Below, piece by piece: positions 28,326-37,004 of a stretch of 64,000 nt of DNA (position 1 is its first letter; each line of letters starts with the position of its first letter). The position numbers and the translations under genes were made by a program. The stretch comes from Tepidisphaeraceae bacterium. Its GTDB lineage: Bacteria > Planctomycetota > Phycisphaerae > Tepidisphaerales > Tepidisphaeraceae. The stretch covers positions 27,881-91,880 of the forward strand of contig JBEKHH010000012.1 in assembly GCA_050012375.1 (NCBI GenBank), read 5' to 3'. The notes beneath the pieces were generated by a model. That model did no database searches. It was not told where the DNA came from and saw only the letters and a program-made list of their open reading frames with translations.

Positions 28326-30860
28326 TTAGCGTGCCGCGACGGCCAAATCATCTTGAACGGGGCCGGACGTGGGCGTGGAATCCTGTCCGCCTCGATGGCT
28401 GCGAATTCTCATCCCATAGAATGACCGGTAGACGAAGCACAGCGCGATGATGAAGAACCCAAGCGCCAGCCAGGACGTCAGGGCCGGTCCGTTGGGATTC
28501 TTCCTCAGGCTTTGGGCCAGTTCAACGGCCAGCAGGCCAAACAGCGTTGTGAACTTGATGATCGGGTTCATGGCCACCGAAGAGGTATCCTTGAACGGAT
28601 CGCCGACGGTGTCGCCGACGACGGTGGCGGCGTGCAAATCGGTTCCCTTTTCTCGCAACACAACCTCAATGATCTTCTTGGCGTTGTCCCAGGCCCCGCC
28701 GGCGTTGGCCATGAAGATCGCCTGGAACAGACCGAAAACCGCCAGGGAAATCAGAAATCCGATGAAGAAGAACGGGTTGACGCAGGCGTAAGCCAGGGTG
28801 CTGAAAAAGACTACGAAAAAGATGTTGACCATTCCCGCCTGGGCATAGCGCGTGCAGATTGCGACGACTTTCTTGCTGTCCTCGATGGACGCTTTATCGG
28901 CGCTCTCAAGGCGAATGTTGCGGCGGATGAACTCGACGGCGCGGTAGGCGCCGGTGACGACGGCCTGCATGCTGGCGCCGGTGAACCAATAAATCTCCGC
29001 CCCGCCGGCGATCAGGCCCAGCAGGAATGGCGCATACAACACGGAAAGATGGGAGATGCCCACGGGATCGGTCAGCTTGTTGGTCAGCATCATGATGATC
29101 GAGAAGATCAGCGTGGTGGCGCCGACGACGGCGGTGCCGATCAGCACGGGCTTGGCGGTCGCCTTAAACGTATTTCCCGCGCCGTCGTTCTGCTCCAGCA
29201 GCAGCTTGGAGTGATCGAAATCGACGTTGATGCCGTGATCGCGTTTGAAATCCTCGCGGACGCCGGGAATCGTTTCGATCTGGCTCAACTCGTAAATGCT
29301 CTGGGCGTTGTCGGTGACGGGTCCATAGCTATCGACGGCAATCGTGACCGGTCCCATTCCCAGGAACCCAAAGGCGACCAGACCAAACGCGAACACTGCG
29401 ACAGCGATGCCAGCGCCGGGAGTGAGCAGCGACACGACGCCGCCGTCTCCACCCCAAACGCAAACGCCGTAAGCGACCGCCATTAAACCGGCGATGACGC
29501 CACCCATCCAGAACGCCGAGAAATTGCCGGCGACGAGTCCGCTGAGGATGTTCAACGATGCGCCGCCCTCGCGGCTGGCATCGACGATCTCGCGCACGTG
29601 TCGGCTATTGACGCTGGTGAAGACCTTGGTGAGTTCGGGGATCAGCGCCCCCGCCAGCGTGCCGCAGGTGATGATCGTGGACAACTGCCACCAAAGCCCG
29701 CCGCCGAGGTTATGAATCAGCGCCAGCGAGCCTAGGTAGGTTGTCACGATGGAAACAAAGCTGGTGATGTAAACCAGGCTGGTGAGCGGTTTTTCGAAAT
29801 CCATTTCCGTGGCGTGCTCATAACGTGCGCGAGCCAGCACCTCGTTGATCCAATACGAGACGCCGCTGGTAATCAGCATGATGAGGCGCATGGCAAAGAT
29901 CCAGACCAGCAGTTGGACCTGGAGTTCCGGTCGAACCGCCAGAAGGATAAAGGTAATCAGCGCCACGCCGGTGACGCCGTAGGTTTCGAAGCCGTCGGCG
30001 GTGGGTCCGACGCTGTCGCCGGCGTTGTCGCCGGTGCAATCGGCGATCACGCCCGGATTTCGGGCGTCGTCTTCCTCGACTTTGAAGACGATCTTCATCA
30101 GGTCCGCGCCGATGTCGGCGATCTTCGTGAATATCCCGCCCGCGACGCGCAGGGCGGCCGCGCCCAGCGATTCACCCACGGCAAATCCGATGAAGCAGGG
30201 ACCGGCGTAGTTCCTCGGAATGAAAAGAAGGATGACCAGCATGATCAGCAATTCGAGACTGATGAGCACCATGCCGACGCTGATGCCGGCCTGGAGCGGG
30301 ATCGAATAGAGCGGATACGGCTTGCCCGCCAGGGACGCTTGGGCGGTGCGGCTGTTGGCGAAGGTGTTGATCCGCATCCCGAACCACGCGACCGACACAC
30401 TGCCGGCGATGCCGACCAGACTGAACCCCAGGATGGTCGCCACCTGCGCGACGGTCATGTGCTGCCCCGCCTCATCCGTGGTAAGCCAACCGAAATAGAC
30501 CACCAGGATCGCCCCAATGAAGAGTTCCAGGAAGAGAATGAATCGCAATTGCGACTTCAGATAAGTCATGCACGTGGCGTAAATGGTCTCTGAAACCGCG
30601 CTCATCGCTGGATGAACGGGCAGCGCCTTCAGGCGGCGCTGAATGATCAGCCCAAATGCCAACCCCGCGACGCAGAGGGCCAGGCCGCAGAAGAGCAACG
30701 TCCAGCCGTCGATGACGCCGAAGTATCGCACGGAATGCAAATCAGGCATTCGAAGGCTCGCCTCGCTCGCCAGCGAGAGGGATGGAAACGCCAATGCGAA
30801 AAATGCAAAGACGGCGCCGAGCAGAACCGGGGTCGGCTTTGCCGGCAAATGCCATGTCAT
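28326..30860 (-). CDS. hppA: membrane-integral proton/sodium-translocating pyrophosphatase
   Basis: Motifs GGIFTKIADIGADL, GDNAGD and DTVGDPFKD. GNTFKATAKP carries Lys at the Ala/Lys discriminator position, suggesting the K+-independent class. ATG 30860 is chosen inside the longer ORF. Confidence 0.9.
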   Translation of the reverse strand: MTWHLPAKPTPVLLGAVFAFFALAFPSLSLASEASLRMPDLHSVRYFGVIDGWTLLFCGLALCVAGLAFGLIIQRRLKALPVHPAMSAVSETIYATCMTYLKSQLRFILFLELFIGAILVVYFGWLTTDEAGQHMTVAQVATILGFSLVGIAGSVSVAWFGMRINTFANSRTAQASLAGKPYPLYSIPLQAGISVGMVLISLELLIMLVILLFIPRNYAGPCFIGFAVGESLGAAALRVAGGIFTKIADIGADLMKIVFKVEEDDARNPGVIADCTGDNAGDSVGPTADGFETYGVTGVALITFILLAVRPELQVQLLVWIFAMRLIMLITSGVSYWINEVLARARYEHATEMDFEKPLTSLVYITSFVSIVTTYLGSLALIHNLGGGLWWQLSTIITCGTLAGALIPELTKVFTSVNSRHVREIVDASREGGASLNILSGLVAGNFSAFWMGGVIAGLMAVAYGVCVWGGDGGVVSLLTPGAGIAVAVFAFGLVAFGFLGMGPVTIAVDSYGPVTDNAQSIYELSQIETIPGVREDFKRDHGINVDFDHSKLLLEQNDGAGNTFKATAKPVLIGTAVVGATTLIFSIIMMLTNKLTDPVGISHLSVLYAPFLLGLIAGGAEIYWFTGASMQAVVTGAYRAVEFIRRNIRLESADKASIEDSKKVVAICTRYAQAGMVNIFFVVFFSTLAYACVNPFFFIGFLISLAVFGLFQAIFMANAGGAWDNAKKIIEVVLREKGTDLHAATVVGDTVGDPFKDTSSVAMNPIIKFTTLFGLLAVELAQSLRKNPNGPALTSWLALGFFIIALCFVYRSFYGMRIRSHRGGQDSTPTSGPVQDDLAVAAR

Positions 30861-31042
30861 TCTGGACAACTGTTCGCGTCTAAGGGAATTGCCAAACACA
30901 ATAGCCTCCTTGTGGCTGTACCATACTCGAACCGCAAAGCGGCGAGTTGGGTGCAGGGAACTATCCGGGATCATCGTCATTTCAGAAATCGGCACTCTCC
31001 CTATTCTTCGCGTAGGGGAATTCGCTGATGCGGAGCGCACTG

Positions 31043-31375
31043 TCAGGCCAGCCCCGCCTTGAGGAGTGTAACATCATCCTGAAACTTTCGCGCCGCGTGG
31101 CCGGTAATGCTTGCCAGGACGTGGTTGAGCACGCTGTTGGCCGAGGTCGCGCGGTTCTGGCGGATCAGCCCGATCAACCGCTTCTCGCCGAGTTTCCTCC
31201 CCCCGCGGAATCCATCGCCTCCGTGACGCCATCCGCAAACAGCAGCAGACGATCTCCACCAGACAGGTGCACGGCCTCGCCGACAATCACAACGGCTCTA
31301 TGTGCCTTGGCGGGCTATGGCCATCCTCGCCCAGACCGATAATGGCTTCGCGGGGGTTCCGACTGCGAAGTAGCC
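31043..31375 (-). pseudogene. 3' remnant of a PP2C/SpoIIE-type serine phosphatase gene, frameshifted
   Basis: Minus-strand translation gives ..VIVGEAVHLSGGDRLLLFADGVTEAMDSAG. After a shift in a C6 run (31199..31204) it gives ..LGEKRLIGLIRQNRATSANSVLNHVLASITGHAARKFQDDVTLLKAGLA*. No N-terminal two thirds of the domain is present. Confidence 0.5.
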
Positions 31376-32132
31376 CATCCGTTATCGCCGCTTCCAGCGC
31401 CGTCAGAGATCGGGCAAAGACCTCCTCAGCCGAACCGGCCGCGGAAATCTGCACCAACTTGCCGAGACCTCGGTAGAACTCGATCAGCGGCGCCGTGGCC
31501 CGTTCATAGGTTTGCAAGCGGACCTTGACCGATTCCGGCCGATCATCCTCGCGCTGAATCAGATGGCCGCCGCATTGGTCGCACACGTCGGGTACGCGCG
31601 GCGCGCGCTGGGTGACGTGAAAGACGGCCTTGCATTTTTCGCACACGCGCCGACCGCTCAAGCGCAAGACGATTTCCGTCACGGGCAGTACATAGTTCAA
31701 CACGCCGTCTATGCAAAGTCCCTCATCGTTCATTAGCTGTTGCAAGGCACGGGCCTGCATGAGTGTGCGTGGAAACCCGTCGAGCACAAAACCACCGCGG
31801 CAGCGTATGCATCCGGCCCGTTCGCGCACGATCTCCCAGACGATGGAGTCGGGCACGAGTCGGCCATCCCGCATATAACGCAGCGCCTCCGTCATCGCCG
31901 GGGTTCCCGCACGATTGCAAGGGCTGGCGGCCTCGCGAAAAATGTCGCCGGTGGAAAGATGGCACACGCCCAGCCGCTCGCCGAGCAATTCCGCCTGTGT
32001 GCCCTTTCCGACGCCCGGCGCGCCCAGCAACACCAGCCGCCAGGCTCGATTGGGTTCCTTCGGAAGCAATGAACATTTGGCCGACGGGCCGCAAAGCCAC
32101 GCGGCACGATCATTTTTCACTGGAGCATTCAT
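31287..32132 (-). CDS. adk: adenylate kinase with Cys4 lid; C-terminal about 35 aa probably derived from the PP2C remnant
   Basis: P-loop LLGAPGVGKGTQ and lid CEKC..CDQC. The ORF runs past the usual Adk end (..EEVFARSLTALEAA) into ..IIGLGEDGH.. sequence. Confidence 0.85.
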   Translation of the reverse strand: MNAPVKNDRAAWLCGPSAKCSLLPKEPNRAWRLVLLGAPGVGKGTQAELLGERLGVCHLSTGDIFREAASPCNRAGTPAMTEALRYMRDGRLVPDSIVWEIVRERAGCIRCRGGFVLDGFPRTLMQARALQQLMNDEGLCIDGVLNYVLPVTEIVLRLSGRRVCEKCKAVFHVTQRAPRVPDVCDQCGGHLIQREDDRPESVKVRLQTYERATAPLIEFYRGLGKLVQISAAGSAEEVFARSLTALEAAITDGLLRSRNPREAIIGLGEDGHSPPRHIEPL

Positions 32133-32182
32133 AAAGTCCTCCACTACCACAGTGTCAACATCACAGACGCCGATCCGCGCGC

Positions 32183-33199
32183 CTAATCAGATGTCGCATT
32201 ATGGACTCGGCCATGCCAACTATTAAGCACGCGCATGTAATTGGCCCGTTCGAACGCCGCCGGGTCGGGGCAATGAGCAAGACTCAGGCATCCCTGCATC
32301 TGGCGGATAGATTCATATTCGTGTTCCTCCATCCACGCTTTCAAGGCGTCGAGAATAACCTTGAGATGTTCCGGGCCATGTCTTAAAAGGGCCGAGACAA
32401 TCTGAACCGCATGGGCGCCGGCCATGACCGCCTTGATCGCATCGGCCGCCGTGTGGACTCCGCCGCTGGCGGCGAGTGAAGCCGTGCATCTTCCCGAAAG
32501 GATCGCGAGCCATCGGAGCCGCAGCAGCAACTCGGATGAATCGGAAAGATGAAGCCGCGGGACTACGCTGATATCGTCCAAATCAATATCGGGCTGATAA
32601 AAGCGATTGAACAGCACCAATCCGTCGATCCCGGTGGTGCGCAACTCCATCGCCACGTGCGGGAGCGATGTGAAAAATGGAGACAGCTTTACCGCCAGCG
32701 GCAGCTTAACCGCCTCGCGCACGTTTCGCGCGACCTCGCGGATTTGCTGCTCAATGGAATACAGCGTTTCGCGCGCTTCCGTGGCCACGTGATAGACATT
32801 CAGTTCCAGCGCATCGGCCCCAGCCTGTTCGATGAGTTCCGCGTAGCGCAGCCAACCCGAGATTCTCAAGCCGTTCAATGAGGCGATCACCGGCACGTGA
32901 ACCGCCTCCTTGAGACGGCGAATTTGTTCCAGGTAGGCATCCGGACTCATCGCAAATTCGCTGGCCCCGGGGAAGAATGACAACGCCTCGGGGAAACTGT
33001 CGGCGTACATTTCGAATTGCTCGACGCTGGCGTGGTGTTCGCCTTCGATCTGCTCCTCGAACAACGAGCGCATGACGATGGCCGACGCGCCGGCGTCTTC
33101 GAGACGGCGGGCCGTGTCGAGGTCATCGGCCAATGGCGACGCTCCAACCATCAGCGGATTGGCCAATTCCATCCCCATGTATGTGGTCGTGAGATTCAT
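32183..33199 (-). CDS. dihydroorotate-dehydrogenase-like (class 1 DHOD/DHPD fold) flavoprotein
   Basis: ATG 33199 forms an ATGA overlap with the nifJ stop. TIM-barrel motifs include MELANPLMVGASPL, ALELNVY and SGGVHTAADAIKAVMAGAHAVQIVSALL. Confidence 0.75.
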   Translation of the reverse strand: MNLTTTYMGMELANPLMVGASPLADDLDTARRLEDAGASAIVMRSLFEEQIEGEHHASVEQFEMYADSFPEALSFFPGASEFAMSPDAYLEQIRRLKEAVHVPVIASLNGLRISGWLRYAELIEQAGADALELNVYHVATEARETLYSIEQQIREVARNVREAVKLPLAVKLSPFFTSLPHVAMELRTTGIDGLVLFNRFYQPDIDLDDISVVPRLHLSDSSELLLRLRWLAILSGRCTASLAASGGVHTAADAIKAVMAGAHAVQIVSALLRHGPEHLKVILDALKAWMEEHEYESIRQMQGCLSLAHCPDPAAFERANYMRVLNSWHGRVHNATSD

Positions 33200-36100
33200 A
33201 GTCGCACCTTTGCAGTTGGAGGTGGCGGCACTGCCGTTTGAGTCTGTGCCGAAGGAGGTTCGGCCAATTGGTGATATAGAGAATACCGATCGGCGACTTG
33301 CCGCTTGGCTTTCTCCGACAACATCTTGTAGCGGTCGGGATTCTTTTGCTCGACCATCCGGAAGCGAGTCTCGTTCACCATAAACTGCTGCAACTGGTTG
33401 TTGGGCGCACCGGAATCCAATTGGAGCGGACTCTGTCCGGCGGCGCGGCGCCTGGGATCGTATCGATACAGCGGCCAATAACCGCTGGCGACCGCCAACT
33501 TATGTTGTTCCGGTCCCAATACCAGGTCGTAGCCATGCGCGATGCAATGGCTGTAGGCGATGATCAAAGCCGGTCCCGGATAGGAGGCGGCCTCCTGCAT
33601 CGCTCGGACCGTGTGCACGTCCTTGGCGCCAAAAGCCACCTGAGCGACGTACACGTTTCCGTACGTCATGGCCAGCAGACCCAAATCCTTCTTGGGAGAA
33701 GATTTTCCGGCCGCGGCGAACTTGGCCGCCGCGCCGATCGGCGTCGCCTTGGACTGTTGGCCACCCGTATTGGAATAGACTTCGGTATCCAGCACCAAGA
33801 CCTTTACATCTGCGCCGGACGCCAGCACGTGATCGAGTCCTCCGTAACCGATGTCGTACGCCCACCCGTCGCCCCCGATGATCCAAACGCTTTTGTAAAC
33901 CAGATAATCGGCCAGGAGGGAAAGCTGTCTGGCCTCGGGCGAGCCGTCGAATGATGCCAGTTTCCGCCGCAATTCCGCCACGAGCGTTCGTTGCGTGGCG
34001 ATGCCCTGATCGCTGGTCTGGTCCGCGTTCAGAATCTCCCCCACGAATTTTTCATCCAGAGGCGGTTTAAGACGACCCAGAAGCTGGCGAGCGTATGCCG
34101 CTTGCTGATCCACCGCCAGGCGCATTCCCAATCCGAATTCGGCGTTGTCCTCGAAGAGCGAATTGCTCCAGGCGGGGCCGCGCCCTTCGCGGTTGGCGCA
34201 ATAGGGCGTCGTTGGCAGATTGCCGCCGTAGATGGATGAGCACCCGGTCGCGTTGGCAATCAGAAGCCGATCGCCCATTAATTGCGTCAGCAGCTTGAGG
34301 TAAGGCGTCTCGCCGCATCCCGCGCATGCGCCGGAGAACTCGAAGAGCGGCTGGAAGAATTGCGAGCCTTTGACGTCCACGCGCACCTTGGCGCGGTCGA
34401 TTTCGGGAATGTCCAGGAAGAATTTGAAATTGTCCGCCTCGCGCCGGCGCAGCGGCGCCTGCGGCGCCAGGTTGATCGCCTTGCGCTTGGGCATGGATTT
34501 GTCCTTCGCGGGGCACACCGCCACGCAAACGCCGCAGCCCGTGCAATCTTCCGGCGCCACCTGCAACGTGTATTTCATGCCGCGCAGATCGGGCGCGTTG
34601 TAGTCGGTCGAAACAAATCCTTCGGGCGCGCCGGCCAGGCTTTCGGCCGGGAATACCTTGGCGCGGATCGACGCGTGGGGGCAGGCAAAGGCGCACTTGT
34701 TGCATTGAATGCACAATTCCGGCTCCCACACCGGGATTTCCGTGGCGATGTTGCGCTTCTCCCAGCGCGCCGTGCCGACCGGCCAGGTCCCATCCACCGG
34801 CATCGCGCTGACCGGAAGAAGATCGCCGCGGCCGGACAGGATCATCGCCGTCACGTTTTTCACGAAATCGGGCGCCTCGATGGGCACGGTCGGCGGAAGC
34901 GGCGGCCCGCTCGCGCCATCGGCCGGGATCGGCAGTTCGTGCACGTGCGCCAAGGCGCCATCCACCGCGGCGAAATTCTTGCGTACCATCTCCGCGCCCT
35001 TCTTTGCATACGTCTTCTCGATGGCCTTCTTGATCTGTGCGATCGCCTGATCGCGCGGCAGAACGCCGCTGATGGCAAAGAAGCACGTCTGCATGACCGT
35101 ATTGATGCGCCCGCCCATCCCGACCTCGCGCGCAGCGTGCAAGGCGTCAATCACATAGACGCGCAGCTTCTTCTCGATAATCTGCTTCTGGACTTCGCGC
35201 GGCACGTGCGCCCAGACCGCATCGAGTTCAAACGGCGCATTGAGCAGCAGCACCCCCCCTTCCTTCGCAAAGCCCACAATGTCGAACCTCTCCAAAAGGT
35301 GGAATTGATGGCAAGCCACGAAATTCGCCTGGCGGATGAGATATGCCGAGCGAATGGGCCGCGGCCCGAACCGCAGGTGGCTGATGGTCATCGCCCCGGA
35401 CTTCTTGGAGTCGTAAACGAAATACCCCTGGGTATTGAAGTCGGTTCCTTCGCCGATGATCTTGATGGAGTTCTTGTTGGCCCCGACGGTTCCGTCGGCG
35501 CCGAGTCCGAAAAATACCGCGCGGAAAACGTCGTCGGGTTCGATGTCGAAGTCGTCGGATACGGCCAAGGACAATTTCGTCACATCGTCATTGATCCCAG
35601 CGGTAAAGTGCGGTTTCGGGTGAGCTTGGTTCAACTCGTCGAATGCGGCCTTGACCATGGCCGGCGTGAATTCGTGCGAGCCCAAACCATAGCGCCCGCC
35701 GATCACGAGGGGCTGTTTCGCAAACCGCGTCGATCCTGCCGCCTGGCCCTCGTACAGTGCGGCCACGACATCGAGGAACAGCGGCTCGCCGATGCCTCCG
35801 GGCTCTTTCGTGCGGTCCATCACGGCGATGGATCGCACGCTGGCTGGAACGGCGGCGAGGAAATGCTCCACGGAGAACGGCCGATAGAGCCGGACCTTCA
35901 AAACTCCAACCTCCTCGCCGTCGCGGATCAAGCGATCCACGGTTTCGTGCGCGGTCTCAGCGCCGGATCCCATGATGACCATCACTCGCTTCGCCTGCGG
36001 ATGCCCCACATATTCAAAGAGCTGGTACGGGCGTCCGGTGATTCCCGCAAAGCGCTCCATCGTCTTTTCCACGATGCCCGGGCACGCGAGGTGGAACGGA

Positions 36101-36816
36101 TTGGCCGCCTCGCGCGCCTGGAAGAATGTGTCCGGATTCTGTGCCGTCCCGCGAAGCACTGGACGATCGGGAGTTAGCGCGCGCTGGCGGTGGGCCGTCA
36201 CCCCCGCCGGGTCGATCATGGCGCGAAGATCTTCATCCCCGAGCATCGCGATCTTGTCGATTTCGTGCGACGTGCGAAATCCGTCGAAGAAATGCATGAA
36301 TGGAACGCGGGATTCGAGTGTGGCGGCGTGGGCGATGCACGCCAGATCGTGCGCTTCCTGCACGCTGCTCGCGCAGAGCATGGCAAAGCCCGTCTGCCGG
36401 CAGGCCATGACATCCGAGTGGTCGCCAAAGATCGATAGTGCGTGGGTCGCCAGCGCGCGAGCGGTGACGTGCATGCAGAACGCGGTAAGTTCCCCCGCGA
36501 TCTTGTACATGTTGGGGATCATCAGGAGCAGACCCTGGGACGCAGTGAACGTCGTAGCCAGTGCGCCTGCCTGCAGCGCCCCATGAATGGCGCCCGCCGC
36601 GCCGCCTTCCGACTGCATTTCCACCACGCGCGGGACCATGCCCCAGATGTTTGGGCGATTTTGCGAGGACCATTCATCCGCGAACTCTCCCATCGCCGAG
36701 GATGGCGTGATCGGATAGATCGCAATGACTTCGCTCAACCGATGCGCCACCGACGCCGCGGCTTCATTGGCTTCCAGAGCAATCATTTGCTGTTGCTGTC
36801 GTGAATGCATATTCAA
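33196..36816 (-). CDS. nifJ: pyruvate:ferredoxin (flavodoxin) oxidoreductase, single-polypeptide type
   Basis: 1206 aa. Motifs YPITPSS, ferredoxin motifs CIQCNKCAFACP and CTGCGVCVAVCP, and the TPP motif GGDGWAYDIGYGGLDH. Confidence 0.95.
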   Translation of the reverse strand: MNMHSRQQQQMIALEANEAAASVAHRLSEVIAIYPITPSSAMGEFADEWSSQNRPNIWGMVPRVVEMQSEGGAAGAIHGALQAGALATTFTASQGLLLMIPNMYKIAGELTAFCMHVTARALATHALSIFGDHSDVMACRQTGFAMLCASSVQEAHDLACIAHAATLESRVPFMHFFDGFRTSHEIDKIAMLGDEDLRAMIDPAGVTAHRQRALTPDRPVLRGTAQNPDTFFQAREAANPFHLACPGIVEKTMERFAGITGRPYQLFEYVGHPQAKRVMVIMGSGAETAHETVDRLIRDGEEVGVLKVRLYRPFSVEHFLAAVPASVRSIAVMDRTKEPGGIGEPLFLDVVAALYEGQAAGSTRFAKQPLVIGGRYGLGSHEFTPAMVKAAFDELNQAHPKPHFTAGINDDVTKLSLAVSDDFDIEPDDVFRAVFFGLGADGTVGANKNSIKIIGEGTDFNTQGYFVYDSKKSGAMTISHLRFGPRPIRSAYLIRQANFVACHQFHLLERFDIVGFAKEGGVLLLNAPFELDAVWAHVPREVQKQIIEKKLRVYVIDALHAAREVGMGGRINTVMQTCFFAISGVLPRDQAIAQIKKAIEKTYAKKGAEMVRKNFAAVDGALAHVHELPIPADGASGPPLPPTVPIEAPDFVKNVTAMILSGRGDLLPVSAMPVDGTWPVGTARWEKRNIATEIPVWEPELCIQCNKCAFACPHASIRAKVFPAESLAGAPEGFVSTDYNAPDLRGMKYTLQVAPEDCTGCGVCVAVCPAKDKSMPKRKAINLAPQAPLRRREADNFKFFLDIPEIDRAKVRVDVKGSQFFQPLFEFSGACAGCGETPYLKLLTQLMGDRLLIANATGCSSIYGGNLPTTPYCANREGRGPAWSNSLFEDNAEFGLGMRLAVDQQAAYARQLLGRLKPPLDEKFVGEILNADQTSDQGIATQRTLVAELRRKLASFDGSPEARQLSLLADYLVYKSVWIIGGDGWAYDIGYGGLDHVLASGADVKVLVLDTEVYSNTGGQQSKATPIGAAAKFAAAGKSSPKKDLGLLAMTYGNVYVAQVAFGAKDVHTVRAMQEAASYPGPALIIAYSHCIAHGYDLVLGPEQHKLAVASGYWPLYRYDPRRRAAGQSPLQLDSGAPNNQLQQFMVNETRFRMVEQKNPDRYKMLSEKAKRQVADRYSLYHQLAEPPSAQTQTAVPPPPTAKVRL

Positions 36817-37004
36817 ATCCTTTCAACGATCCGATTTTGACGCGGAGCGATGCATAGTCGCATTGCACATTATAGTTTCGGGAAACCAGCGGCATTCAAC
36901 CATCGGGCCAAGAAACGATTTACGCATAGGTGCATTCCCCTACGAGCAAAAACGGTTTTTCTCCGGGCGGCGCTGTACGCCCTTGTTCATAGAATCTACA
37001 AGCG

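Noticed and set aside
28512-29486. 324-aa plus-strand ORF opposite hppA
   Set aside because: Antisense to a well-supported pyrophosphatase gene. It has an Asp/Gly/Arg-rich composition and no recognisable domain.
31287-32150. Treating the long Adk ORF as a genuine Adk with a novel C-terminal domain
   Set aside because: The extra tail continues, after frame changes, into recognisable PP2C C-terminal motifs. It is therefore better explained as a gene-fusion scar than as a functional domain.
34282-36177. 631-aa plus-strand ORF, and several shorter ones, opposite nifJ
   Set aside because: It is antisense to a full-length, motif-rich PFOR gene. Its Arg/Ala/Gly/His-rich composition is typical of stop-free antisense frames in GC-rich DNA, and no motifs are present.
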